Assembly (NCBI RefSeq): GCF_004010195.1
Contig: NC_057751.1
Coordinates: forward strand, 1,035,968 to 1,099,967
Length of the DNA: 64,000 nt
DNA from: Chiloscyllium plagiosum
Taxonomy: Eukaryota
Reading direction: 5' to 3'
A program made the translations under genes and the position numbers. This document shows, piece by piece, positions 24,925 to 36,809 of the stretch (positions within the stretch are counted from its first letter, which is position 1; every line of letters begins with the position of its first letter). The notes under the pieces are model-generated. The model did no database searches. It saw nothing but the letters and a program-made list of their open reading frames with translations, and had not been told where the DNA came from.

Positions 24925-26258
24925 GCTGAGAAAAGAAGTAACAAAGAGGATTGCTGAGGGCATAGTGGTAGGTGTGATCTGTATGGACTTCAGTAAGGTG
25001 TTCGACAAGGTTCCCCATGGGAGACTGGTTAGTAAGGTTAGATCTCATGGAATACAGGAAGAACTAGCCATTTGGATACAGAACTGGCTCAAAAGTAGAA
25101 GACAGAGGGTGACGCTGGAGGGATGTTTTTCAAACTGGAGGCCTGTGCCCAGTGGAGTACCACAAGGATAGGTGCTGGGTCCTCTACTTTCGTCAGTTAT
25201 ATAAATGATTTGGATGTGAGCATAAGAGGTATAGTTAGTAAGTTTGCAGATGACACCAAACTTGGAGGTGTAGTGGACAGCGAAGGGGGTTACCTCAGAA
25301 ACGGGATCTTGATCAGATGGGCCAATGGGCTGAGAAGTGGCAGATGGAGTTTAATTTGGATAAGTGTGAGGTGCTGCATTTTGAAAAGGCAAATCAGGGC
25401 AGGATTTATACACTTAATGGTAAGGTCCTAGGGAGTGTTACTGAACAAAGAGACCTTGGAGCGCAAGTTCATAGCTCCTTGAAAGTGGAGTCGCAGGTAG
25501 ATAGAATAGTGAGGAAGGCTTTGGTATGCTTTCCTTTATTGGTCAGAGTATTGAGTACAGGAGTTGGGAGCTGGAAATGTGTTGCTGGAAAAGCGCAGCA
25601 GGTCAGGCAGCATCCAGGGAACAGGAGAATCGACGTTTCGGGCATAAGCTCTGATCTCCAGCATCTGCAGACCTCACTTTCTCCTACAGAAGTTGGGAGG
25701 TCATGTTGCAGCTGTACAGGACATTGGTTAGGCCAGGGTTGGAATATTGCATGATAACGGAAGGATGATCTGAAACTTGAAAGTGTTCAGAAAAGATTTA
25801 CAAGGATCTTGCCAGAGTTGGAGAATTTGAGCGACACAGAGAGATTGAATAGGCTGGGGCTGTTTTCCTTGGAGCATTGGAGGGAAACCTTATAGAAGTC
25901 TATAAAATCATCAGGGGCAAGGATAGGATAAATGGACAAAGTCTCTTCCCTGGAGTAGGGGAGTCCACAACTAGAGGGCATTGGTTTAGGGTGAGAGGGG
26001 AACGATATAAAAGAGACCTAAAGGGCTACATTTTCACACAGAGGGTGGTGCGTATATGGAATGAGCTGCCAGATGAAGTGGTGGAGGCTGGTACAATGAC
26101 AACATTTATAAGGCATCTGGATGGGGATATGAACAGGAAGGGTTTGGAGGGATATGGACAAGTGCTGGCAAGTGGAATTAGATTGGGTTGGAATATCTGG
26201 GCGGCATGGTCAGGTTGGACTGAAGATTGTTTCCGTGCTGTACAACTCAACGACTCTA
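24925..26258 (+). mobile_element. CR1 LINE 3' portion (RT region to tail), frameshifted
   Basis: MDFSKVFDKVPHGRL, SGVPQG, YINDLD..KFADDTKLGG, EFNLDKCEVLHF, FTQRVVRIWNELP. Confidence 0.93.
25571..25684. mobile_element. PLE family-A insertion (one arm plus tail) inside CR1
   Basis: TSD tacaggagttgggag at 25556 and tacagaagttgggag at 25685. Confidence 0.85.
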
Positions 26259-26420
26259 AATAAATGGAGGGAGGGGTGATGGGGGTGGGGTTGGCAGTGT
26301 GGATGGAGGGGGCAGATGATAGCTGGGATGGCGATATGTGAATGCAGTTTGGAGGTGATTGCAATTGGTTAGAGATACCCACTCTCCCATTCCCACTGAT
26401 CGTTCACACCTTGGATGTCA

Positions 26421-29400
26421 CTGCACTGTCAGAGGGTCAGTACTGAGGGAGTGTTGTCCTATCAGAGGGTCAGTACTGAGGGAGTGTTGAACCCTCAGAG
26501 GGTAAGTACTGAGGGAGTGTTGAACCCTCAGAGGGTCAGTACTGAGGGAGTGTTGTACTATCAGAGGGTCAGTGCTGAGGGAGTGTTGTCCTATCAGAGG
26601 GTCAGTACTGAGGGAGTGTTGTCCTATCAGATGGTCAGTGTTGAGGGAGTGTTGAACCCTCAGAGGGTCAGTACTGAGGGAGTGTTATACTATCAGAGGG
26701 TCAGTGCTGAGGGAGTGTTGTACGATAAGAGGGTCAGTGCTGAGGGAGTGTTGTACTCTCAGAGTGTCGGTGCTGTGGGAGTGTTGTCCTATCAGAGGGT
26801 CAGTACTGAGGGAGTGTTGAACCCTCAGAGGGTCAGTACTGAGGGAGTGTTATACTATCAGAGGGTCAGTGCTGAGGGAGTGTTGTACTCTCAGAGGGTC
26901 AGTGCTGAGGGAGTGTTGTCCTATCAGAGGGTCAGTGCTGAGGGAATGTTGTATGATCAGAGGGTCAGTGCTGAGGGAGTGTTGTCCTATCAGAGGGTCA
27001 GTGCTGAGGGAATGTTGTATGATCAGAGGGTCAGTGCTGAGGGAGTGTTATACTATCAGAGGGTCAGTGCTGAGGGAATGTTGTACGATAAGAGGGTCAG
27101 TGCTGAGGGAGTGTTGTACGCTCAGAGTGTCGGTGCTGAGGGAGTGTTATACTATCAGAGGGTCAGTGCTGAGGGAGTGTCGTACTCTCAGAGGGTCAGT
27201 ACTTGAGGGAGTGTTGTCCTATCAGAGGGTCAGTACTGAGGGAGTGTTGAACCCTCAGAGGGTCAGTACTGAGGGAGTGTTATACTATCAGAGGGTCAGT
27301 ACTGAGGGAGTGTTGTACTATCAGAGGGTTAGTGCTGAGGGAGTGTTGTCCTCTCAGAGGGTCAGTACTGAGGGAGTCTTGTACTATCAGAGGGTCAGTG
27401 CTGAAGTCCTGTTGTCCTATCAGAGGGTCAATGCTGAGGGAGTGTTGTCCTATCAGAGGGTCAGTGCTGAGGGAGTGTTGTCCTATCAAAGGGTCAGTGC
27501 TGAGAGAGTGTTGTCCTATCAGAGGGTCAGTGCTGAGGGAGTGTTGTCCTGTCAGAGGGTCAGTGCTGAGGGAGTATTGTCCTCTCAGAGGGTCAGTGCT
27601 GAGGGAGTGTTGTACTATCAGAGGGTCAATGCTGAGGGACTGTTGTCCTATCAGAGGGTCAGTGCTGAGGGAGTGTTGTCCTGTCAGAGGGTCAGTGCTG
27701 AAGGCCTGTTGTCCTATCAGAGGGTCAATGCTGAGGGAGTGTTGTCCTATCAGAGGATCCGCGCTGCGGGAGTATTGTGCTATCAGAGGGTCAGTGTTGA
27801 AGGAGTTATGTACGATCAGAGGGTCAGTGCTGAGGGAGTGTTGTCCTATCAGAGGGTCAGCGCTGCAGGAGTGTTGTACTCTCAGAGGATCAGTGCTAAG
27901 CAAGTGTTACACTATCAGAGGGTCAGTGCTGAGAGAGTGTTGTCCTGTCAGAGGGTCAATGTTGAGGGACTGTTGTCCTATCAGAGGGTCAGGGCTGAGC
28001 GAGTGTTACACTATCAGAGGGTCAGTACTGAGGGAGTGTTGTACCCTCAGAGGGTCAGTACTGAGGGAGTGTTATACTGTCAGAGGGTCAGTGTTTAGGG
28101 AGTGTTGTCCTATGAGAGGATCAGTGTTGAGGGAGTGTTGTCCTATCAGAGGGTCAGTGCTGAGGGTGTGTTGTTCTCTCAGAGTGTCAGTGCTGAGGAA
28201 GTGTTATACCGTCAGAGGGTCAGTGTTGAGGGAGTGTTGTCCTATCAGAGGGTCAGTGCTGAGGGAGTGTTGAACCCTCAGAGGGTCAGTACTGAGGGAG
28301 TGTTGTCCTATCAGATGGTCAGTGTTGAGGGAGTGTTATACTATCAGAGGGTCAGTACTGAGGGAGTGTTGTACCCTCAGAGGGTCAGTACTGAGGGAGT
28401 GTTGTCCTATCAGAGGGTCAGTACTGAGAGAGTGTTGTCCTATCAGAGGGTCAGTGCTGAGGGAGTGTTGTCCTATCAGAGGGTCAGTGCTGAGGGAGTG
28501 TTGTATTATCAGAGTGTCAGTGCTGAGGGAGGGTTGTTCTCTCAGAGTGTCAGTGCTGAGGGAGTGTTGTCCTATCAGAGGGTCAGTGCTGAAGGAGTAT
28601 TGTAATCTCAGAGGGTCAGTACTGAGGGAGTGTTGTCCTCTCAGAGGGTCAGTGCTGAGGGAGTGTTGTACTATCAGAGGGTCAATGCTGAGGGAATGTT
28701 GTATTATCAGAGGGTCAGTGTTTAGGGAGTTTTATCCTCTCAGAGGGTCAGTACTGAGGGAGTGTTACACTATCAGAGGGTGAGTACTGAGGGAGTGTTG
28801 TACTGTCAGAGGGTCAGTACTGACAGAGTGTTGTCCTATCAGAGGGTCAGTGTTTAGGGAGTGTTGTATGATCAGAGGGTCAGTACTGAGGGAGTGTTGT
28901 CCTATCAGAGGTTCAGTGTTGAGGGAGTGTTGTACTATCAGAGGGTCAGTGCTGAGGGAGTGTTGTACTGTCAGAGGGTCAGTACTGAGGGAATGCTGCA
29001 CTGTCGGAGGTTCAGTGTTGAGGGAGTGCTGTACTTTCGGATGGTTAATACTGAGTGAGTGCTGCACTGTCGGAGGGTCAGTGCTGAGGGAGTGCTGCAC
29101 TGTCAGAGGGTCAGTGCTGAGGGAGTGCTGTACTTTCGGATGGTTAATACTGAGTGAGTGCTGCACTGTCGGCGGGTCAGTGCTGAGGGAGTGCTGCACT
29201 GTCAGAGGGTCAGTGCTGAGGGAGTGCTGCACTGTCAGTGGGTCAGTGCTGAGGGAGGGCTGCACTGTCGGAGGGTCAGTGCTGAGGGAGTGCTGTACTT
29301 TCGGATGGTTAATACTGAGTGAGTGCTGCACTGTCGGCGGGTCAGTGCTGAGGGAGTGCTGCACTGTCAGAGGGTCAGTGCTGAGGGAGTGCTGTCCTCT

Positions 29401-29597
29401 CGGGTGGTTAATACTGAGTGAGTGCTGCACTGTCAGAGGGTCAGTACTGAGGAAGTGTTGTACTTTCGGGTGGTTAATACTGAGGGAGTGCCTCACTGTC
29501 AGAGGGTCAGTGCTGAGGGAGTGCTGCACTGTCAGAGGGTCAGTGTTGAGGGAGTGCTGTCCTCTCGGGTGGTTAATACTGAGGGAGTGCTGCACTG
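26421..29597. repeat. Minisatellite with 33-bp unit (GAGGGAGTGTTGTCCTATCAGAGGGTCAGTRCT), ~96 copies
   Basis: Direct reading; 11-aa periodicity in the ORF track. Confidence 0.97.
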
Positions 29598-29759
29598 CTG
29601 GTCATACCATTTCTCTGTTAAACCAAGGTCTACTTGCTCTTTGAGGTCATACCAAACAATCCCGCAGCTGCAGTTTAAAGACGACTTCAGTCTGGCTTCT
29701 CGGTTTGGTGGTCTATATTAACCATCACCGGTCTGAAAGCAGGGGCTCACCCAGGGATT

Positions 29760-30080
29760 ATGAGCAGGTGTTAATCCAGTAACCCAGGGAATGATCCAGG
29801 GGCTCAGGTTTAAATTCTGTCATGGGGATGATGGAATTTGAATCTCATAAAAAAGTTCTGGCATTAACTGTCGAATGATGGCTCTGAATACATTGTCGAT
29901 TGTTGAGAAAAAGCCATCTGGTTTACTAATGCCGTTTAGTGAAGGAAATTGTCATCCTTACCTGGTCTGGCCGACGTGTGACTCCAGACCCACAGAAATA
30001 TTGTTGATTCTGAACTTCGGAATGGAAAATAAATGTTGGCCTGTCGTGTGTTGCCCTCATCCTATTAAAGAATTTTAAAA
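29760..30080 (+). mobile_element. Unclassified shark SINE
   Basis: ccatctggtttactaatg..gaaggaaa..ccttacctggtctggcc..tgactccagacccacag, shared with 53505-53825. Confidence 0.7.
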
Positions 30081-31741
30081 ATGTTTAATGCTCACTGCAC
30101 TCTGTTCCCTTTCCTCTCTGTAAGTCAAAAAAGGCTGCACATTTCCTCCAATGTTTTTGATGTTAACACTGAGAAGTCAGATGGATGGGATTCCTGAGGG
30201 AAGTGCAGCTTCTCTACATTTCATTCAGAATGCCTTCCGATCCTTTTCCCCTGGGCTGACTGCTTCCTCTCGGTGCCTGGTGTCTTTGTTTGGAGCTCAG
30301 TCTATTTGATTGGAATTTGAAGTTTCTTGTGCAAGGCCCAATTCTGCACCGAGTTTTGACTGCAGTAGGTAACAAGGTTCAAAGGGGAGCGGTGTTCAAG
30401 AGAAAAGAAAAACACCTGTCTGCCAAGGCAACAAGTAATCCATCAGACACATCAAAGGCCACCCCCCATCCATCAGATCAAAGGGCACCCTTTGGACTCT
30501 GCGAGTGTGACAGCCAGTTATGCATCCATTCAGTCAAGAGCATGATTAATCAGTGTTCTTAAATTACAACAAAATCAAAGCTTGCTTCCCCTGCTGAGCA
30601 TGGGCTAAGGCCAAAATGCGAGTTGACCTGTTTTAGCTTGGGCTTGGGGTCACTGTCAGTGCACTTGCTCAGGTTAAACAGTCACGATGGATTAGCAACA
30701 GAATTGTCCTTTGCACCTGGCTTGATTGATTGTTACGTGTGGGTTGTTTGGAGGGAGGTGGTGGGTTGGGGTCATTCAAGGCTCACACATCAAGAGCCTG
30801 CCTGTATCATCTCCATCATGGTCATCTTGACCTGTGTAACCTCATCAGAGCAGGAAACATTGAGCAGGAGTGTTTTAATGCCTCTTCTTAATTCTTGTGT
30901 TAATGCCTCAGTGATTTCACCCCTTCCTGTGTCTATAACCCAACCTTTAAACTCTGACAAACCTGTGGATTCTGCTGATTCTTCTCTGTTGTACATCTAT
31001 GATTTGCTTTGGTCTGTCATTTTCTGTCATAAATCTCCCCTCTCTTCTCTTTTAAGATCCTCCTCCAAAGCCACCCTTTGGCTAGACTTTAAATAATCTC
31101 TGCTGATATCTTCCTCTTGGGTTACTTGTTAGTTCTACTGGTGTCAAGTTTTACTGTGAGCTCATGTTTACAAAGTGTAGATGGTGCGAGGCTAACCCAG
31201 TCAGATATATGCTATACATTTGTTATGAGGTGACAAAAGCATGACTGAACCTTCCAGAAGCATGTGGGCTGGGACAGTGATGTGATTTGAGAGCTGGGAT
31301 TAGTCAGACGTACTGACAGAGAATGTATACCAAACGTGCAGACAGATATGCACAGTTAAATCGAGGGGTGACCAGCTCGCACATGAGGAGGTTAGTTCCT
31401 ACCCCATTGGCTGCCAAAGCTGAGCTGAAATGTCCATTCAGTCAACACAGCAGAAAACTGGAACAGCAGGATGTGAAAGACAAGATACAAGGAAGTAGAT
31501 CCATTTGGCTCCACCTGCCTGTACCCAGCCGAAACTAAACCCCCCCTCATCACTATCACCAAAACAACAATGCCTGAGCTGGAAAAAAGGAAAACTCGCA
31601 ATGATTGTTCTCCTGACACTTGGACATGTAAATATAGAAAAAGCTGACAAGTTAATGTTGCACAATCATTTTGAAATTACATGGCATCAACAAACCACTC
31701 ACCAACTGTTGACTGTGCCGATGTGTATGTTCCACATGAAT

Positions 31742-32258
31742 TTCTTTTTTATTGACTCAGAAGATGGTGATGTCACTGCCTGTCTGGACCAGCGTTTGTT
31801 ACCCATTCCTACTGACCTTTGAACCCAATTATGTCGATCAGCCCGTAGTGACACCTGGGAAGGAATTCCAGGACGTTGACCAAGCAATGCTGAAAGAACG
31901 GCAACATATTTACACGTGCGGATGGTGAATGACTGGGAGGGTTAGGGCTAGTGCGTGGTGTTCCCGTATATCTGCTGCCCTCGTCCTTCTAGGTGATACT
32001 GGCTGTGGGTTTGGAAGCCACAATCTAAGGAATGGTGAATTTCTGGAGTGCATGTTGTAGATGACACAGACTGCTGCTGCTGAACATCAGTGGTGGAGGG
32101 AATGGACATTCATGGCGAGGGTACCAATCAAGTGGACTGCTTTGCCCAGGATGGTGTCAAGCTTCTTGGGTGTTGTTGGAGCTGCGCCCATCCAGGCAAG
32201 TGGGGAGTATTCCACCACACTCCTGACTTGTGCCCTGTTGACGGCAGTGAGACTTTGA
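31742..32258 (-). mobile_element. LINE-X 3' end
   Basis: Minus ORF AQVRSVVEYSPLAWMGAAPTTPKKLDTI. Confidence 0.8.
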
Positions 32259-32299
32259 CCCGTCAGCAATGTTATAATATTTACAAACTCCAATCTCAC

Positions 32300-32663
32300 A
32301 TATTACCAAACAGAGAGACCTAGGGGTGAAGAAGGCATTTGACATGCTTGCCTTCATCGGTCAGATCAATGAGTCAAGGAGGTGGGATATCACAACATTC
32401 TATGTTCTATGTTACATCTATACAAAACATTGGTCAGGCCACATTTGGTTGCCCTGCTGTAGGAAGGCCATTATTAAACGGGAAAGTGTGCAAAAAAAGA
32501 TTTACAAGGCATCTTGTAAAAGGTTGGGTATATAAATATGAAGGGTTTAGAGGGATATGGGGCAAATGCTGGCAAAGGAGACTTGATTAATTTAGGATAT
32601 CTGGTCGGCACAGACGAGTTAGACCAAAGGGTCTGTTTCCGTGCTGTATGACTCGATGACTCT
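32300..32663 (+). mobile_element. Internally deleted CR1 3' fragment
   Basis: KKAFDMLAFIGQ; tail gtctgtttccgtgctgtatgactcgatgactct. Confidence 0.8.
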
Positions 32664-33149
32664 CCAACTCAATTTTGAACTCATGACCGATAGTCACACT
32701 CCCAGTGCAACACTATGTAAGGCACTACATAAATGCAAAACTGTCTGAAAGGACATAAATGAACATGCAGTAGTCAATCTGTGCTATTACATGGCTATAT
32801 GCATATAACTGTGTTAATGTCAAAGGTACATTGAGCTGCAACTCAAAAACGTTGAAGGAATTCCAGACCATCGACCCTCCTCAGCTTGAAAAAAACAGCC
32901 AGTTATTTGGCTTGTGATAGGCCGTACATCAGTCATGCTCAGGCCCAGTGGGTGACCGACAGCACAAGGGCTCCAGCCAGATCTCCAGCTGACCTCTCAA
33001 TAACCTGACTATTGAGCTGATGCAAGAAGCTCTGAGTTTCCATCTTAGTCCGGGCCTGTCCCCTGAGCAGCAGTTCATGTTGTGTCCCGCGAGCTAAACG
33101 ATTGGGCTGTTTCTGGAGCCTCAGCAGAATCTCCTCAGGTCTTCATTAG

Positions 33150-33670
33150 CAACAACAAAAACTTACATTTACATTGCACCGGTAACATTATAAAACTTCT
33201 ATGTGACACACCAGTATTATTCGATAAAAACCCTAACACTGAGCAAGATATTAAAGTGGTATTAGCCCTGATTGGTAAATGGGATCATTTCTAAATAGTA
33301 TTTTCAGACAGGTCAGAACAATGAGTGGTTGTGGGAGGGTCTTCGAGAGCTTAGCCATTAAAAGCACGGCCACTAAAGTGGAGCAATTAAAATCAGAAAA
33401 CTGTTCAGAGGTCAGAATTGGAGAGTCACAGAGGTTTTGAAGGGTTGTTGGGCTGGGGGAGGTTGTTGTAGTGAAATGGGGAGGCAATGGACAGACTTTA
33501 AAACAAGTTGGAGAACTTTGAAATTGAGCTGTCACTGGACTAGGTCCCAAAATGGGTCAGTGTGAGCACATGGAGATTAAATAAATGGATGTGATGGGAG
33601 GTAGAGTGTGAGAGTTTCTCATCAGCTGTAAGTTACCGAAGATGGAAAATGGAGACCAGCGAGAAACTGA
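33150..33670 (-). mobile_element. Old L2-like LINE 3' end; similar copies at ~11010-11400, 18270-18520 and 52100-52480
   Basis: caacaa..cttacatttac terminus and gtggagcaattaaaatc..gaggtcagaattggag segment shared between copies. Confidence 0.55.
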
Positions 33671-33819
33671 TTACAATCATCTGGCGAGGAGAGTACGTAG
33701 GTTTGTCTCTGCTCTGGACAAGTGGACACTCAGAAACTTGTTGTGGAGCCACTAATGCTGCAAGTGAAGTTGTTAGACTATCACATTCTCTTTTTGTGAC
33801 AAAAGGAATCAGAGGGTAG

Positions 33820-34160
33820 CATCCTTTCCTCTGGGTTCAACTCTAACGTGAGAGACTGAGCCCCAAACCTACTGCAGTCCAGAGTGCGTGCTGCACTGTC
33901 AGAGATGCTGTCTCTCAGATTGCACATTAACATGATGCCCTGTCTAACCTCTCAGGTTATTGTAAAATCTATATGCTGCGAGAATACCGAGGAATTCTCC
34001 CTCATGTCCTGATCAACATTAATCCTGAAAGCAACGAGGCAGCTTACTTGGTTGGTTACTGCAGTGTAAAAATTGACTCTGTAATAGGGACAACATTTTA
34101 ACACATATTTAATTGACCGGAAATCACTTTGAGCTGTTCGATGCTATGCTTTTGTACGAA
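33820..34160 (+). mobile_element. DeuSINE-like SINE, degenerate
   Basis: ctgggttcaa head, gtgctgcactgtcagagatgctgtc, ctctcagg..gtaaaa, tgtcctgatcaacatt. Confidence 0.65.
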
Positions 34161-34682
34161 AGCCTTTCCTCTCTTAAAAATCTGTCAGTCCCAGTTTTGA
34201 AATGTTTTGAAATGAACCCCAAACTCACCAGATGCCTGAGGGAGACGGTTCCAGCTTTCAATTCTCTTTTGTTTAGAGGTGCTTTCTGAAATCAGCTCAG
34301 AATGCCCAAATGTACCCCCTGAATACATCGCGTCTTCTCTGCCATTCAGCCTGACCTCTGTCACACCATTGTGCTCTCCATGTACCCCAATATCTGTTGT
34401 TTTCAGGTTTATTAAAAATCATTTTCATTTTAAACGTAAGCTCACTTGTTCTGATCTAAATCTCCAGCCTGCCAATTCCATCTGCTCGTCAGCCTTACAG
34501 AGTGGAAATTTGCAAATGTAACCCCACTGTTAGCCCGATGTCAGCAATGGTGAAAATACCAGAATCTATTCAAAAGGGTGTGATAACTGGGCACTGAGAT
34601 AATAATGACCTGATTGTGCGGAATCACAAACGGGAAATCACAAAACCTGTTGGAGTCTTCTGCAAATGTTGCCAATAGGGTC

Positions 34683-36805
34683 AGAGAGTCATAGAGATGT
34701 CCAGCACAGAAACAGACCCTTCGGTCCAACCCGTCCATGCCGACCAAATATCCCAACCCAATCTAGTCCCACCTGCCAGCACCCGGCCCATATCCCTCCA
34801 AACCCTTCCTATTCATATACCCATCCAAATGCCTCATAAATGTTGTAATTGCACCAGCCTCCACCACTTCCTCTGGCAGCTCATTCCATACATGTACCAC
34901 CCTTAGGTGAAAAAGTTGCCCCTTAGGTCTCTTTTATATCTTTCCCCACTCACCCTAAACCTATGCAAAGAGTAGTGATAAACGGCTCCCTTTCGGAATG
35001 GCAGGCAGTGACCAGTGGGGTACCGCAGGGATCAGTACTGGGATCTCAGCTTTTTACAGTGTACATTAATGATGTAGCTGAAGGTATTAAAAGTAATATT
35101 TGCAAATTTGCTGATGACACAAAGCTGGGTGGCAGGGTGAAATGGAGGGATTGAGTACAGAAGCAAAGAGGTTCTTCTGCAGCTGTACAGGGCCCTGGTG
35201 AGACCGCACTCGGAATATTGTGCGCAGTTTTGGTCTCCAAATTTGAGGAAAGACAATCTGGCTATTGAGGGAGTGCAGCGTAGGTTCATGAGGTCAATTC
35301 CCGGATTGGCGGAACTGTCTTACACTGAAAGATTGGAGCGACTGGGTTTGTATACCCTTGAGTTTAGAAGACTGAGAGGGGATCTGATTGAGACGTATAA
35401 GATTATTAAAGGATTGGACACTCTGGAGGCAGAAAACACGTTTCTGCTGATGGGTGAGTGCCGAACCAGAGGACACAGCTTAAAAATAAGGGATAAGCCA
35501 TTTAAGACAGAGATGAGGAGAAACTTCTTCACCCAGAGAGTGGTGGCTGTGTGGAATGCTCTGCCCCAGAGGGCAGTGGAGGCCCACTCTCTGGATTCAT
35601 TTAAGAAAGAGTTGGACAGAGCTCTTAAGGATAGTGGAATCAAGGGTTATGGGGATAAGGCAGGAACAGGATACTGATTGAGGATGATCAGCCATGATCA
35701 TATTGAATGGTGGTGCAGGCTCGAAGGGCAGAATGGCCTACTCCTGCACCTATTGTCTATTGTCTATGCCCTCTAGTTCTGGCCTCCCCTACTCCAGGGA
35801 AGAGACTTTGTCTGTTTATCCTATCAATGCCCCTTATGATTTTATAAACCTTTATAAGATCACCCCTCAGCCTCCCCGCGTTCCAGGGAAAACAGCCCCA
35901 GCCTGTTCAGCCTCTCCCTATAGCTCAAATCCTCCAGCCCTGGCAATATCCTTGTAAATCTTTTCTGAACCCTTTCAAGTTTCACAACATCTTCCCGATA
36001 GGAAGGAGACCAGAATTGCACGCAATATTCCAACAGTGGCCTAACCAATGTCCTGTACAGACGCAACCTGACCTCCCAACTCCTGTACTCAATACTCTGA
36101 CCAATAAAGGAAAGCATACCAAACACCTTCTTCACTATCCTATCTACCTGCAACTGTACTTTCAAGGAGCTATGAACCTGCACTCCAAGGTCTCTTTGTT
36201 CAGCAACACTCCCTAGGGCCGTACCATGAAGGGTATAAGTCCTGCTAAGATTCACTTTCCCAAAATGTAGTACCTCGCATTTATCTGAATTAAATTCCAT
36301 CTGCCATTTCTCAGCCCTTTGGCCCATCTGGTCAAGATCCTGTTGTAATCTGAGGTAACCTTCTTCGCTGTCCACGACACCTCCAATTTTGGTGTCATCT
36401 GCAAATTTACTGACTATACCTCTTAGCTCACATCCAAATCATTTATATAAATGATGAAAAGCAATGGGCTCAGCACCAATCCTTGTGGCACTCCACTGGT
36501 CACAGGTCTCCAGTCTGAAAAATGACCCTCCACCACCACCCTCTGTCTTCTACCTTTGAGTTAGTTTTGTATCCAAATGGTTAGTTCTCCCTGTATTCCG
36601 TGAGCTCTAACCTTGTTAACCAGTCTCCCACGGGGAACTTTATCAAATGCATGACTGAAGTCCATGTAGGTCACATCTACTGCTCTGCCCTCATCAATCC
36701 TCTTGTTACTTCTTCAAAATAATTCAATCAAGTTTGTGAGACATGATTTCCTACGCACAAAGCCATGTTGACTATCCCTAATCAGTCCTTGCCTTTCCAA
36801 ATATG
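34683..36805 (-). mobile_element. CR1 LINE, 5'-truncated, split by a nested CR1
   Basis: ORF 35860-36375 LQQDLDQMGQ..EFNSDKCEVLHFG..RPLLEYCVQFWSP; (agagtcat) tail at the left end. Confidence 0.93.
34967..35766 (+). mobile_element. Second CR1 subfamily inserted antisense within the first
   Basis: SGVPQGSVLG..KFADDTKLGG, an internal deletion, then an open ORF2 C-terminus (35198-35677). (TATTGTC)n tail; ctatgc repeated at both junctions. Confidence 0.9.
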
Positions 36806-36809
36806 TCAA

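Noticed and set aside
26421..29597. CRISPR-like array
   Set aside because: Head-to-tail monomers with no unique spacers, no cas genes and a vertebrate context.
26415..29721. Long repetitive ORFs (EGVLSYQRVST and Cys-rich LRECCPIRGSV, up to 409 aa)
   Set aside because: By-product of a 33-bp unit that is open in several frames on both strands. Scattered stops, a frameshift and no gene context.
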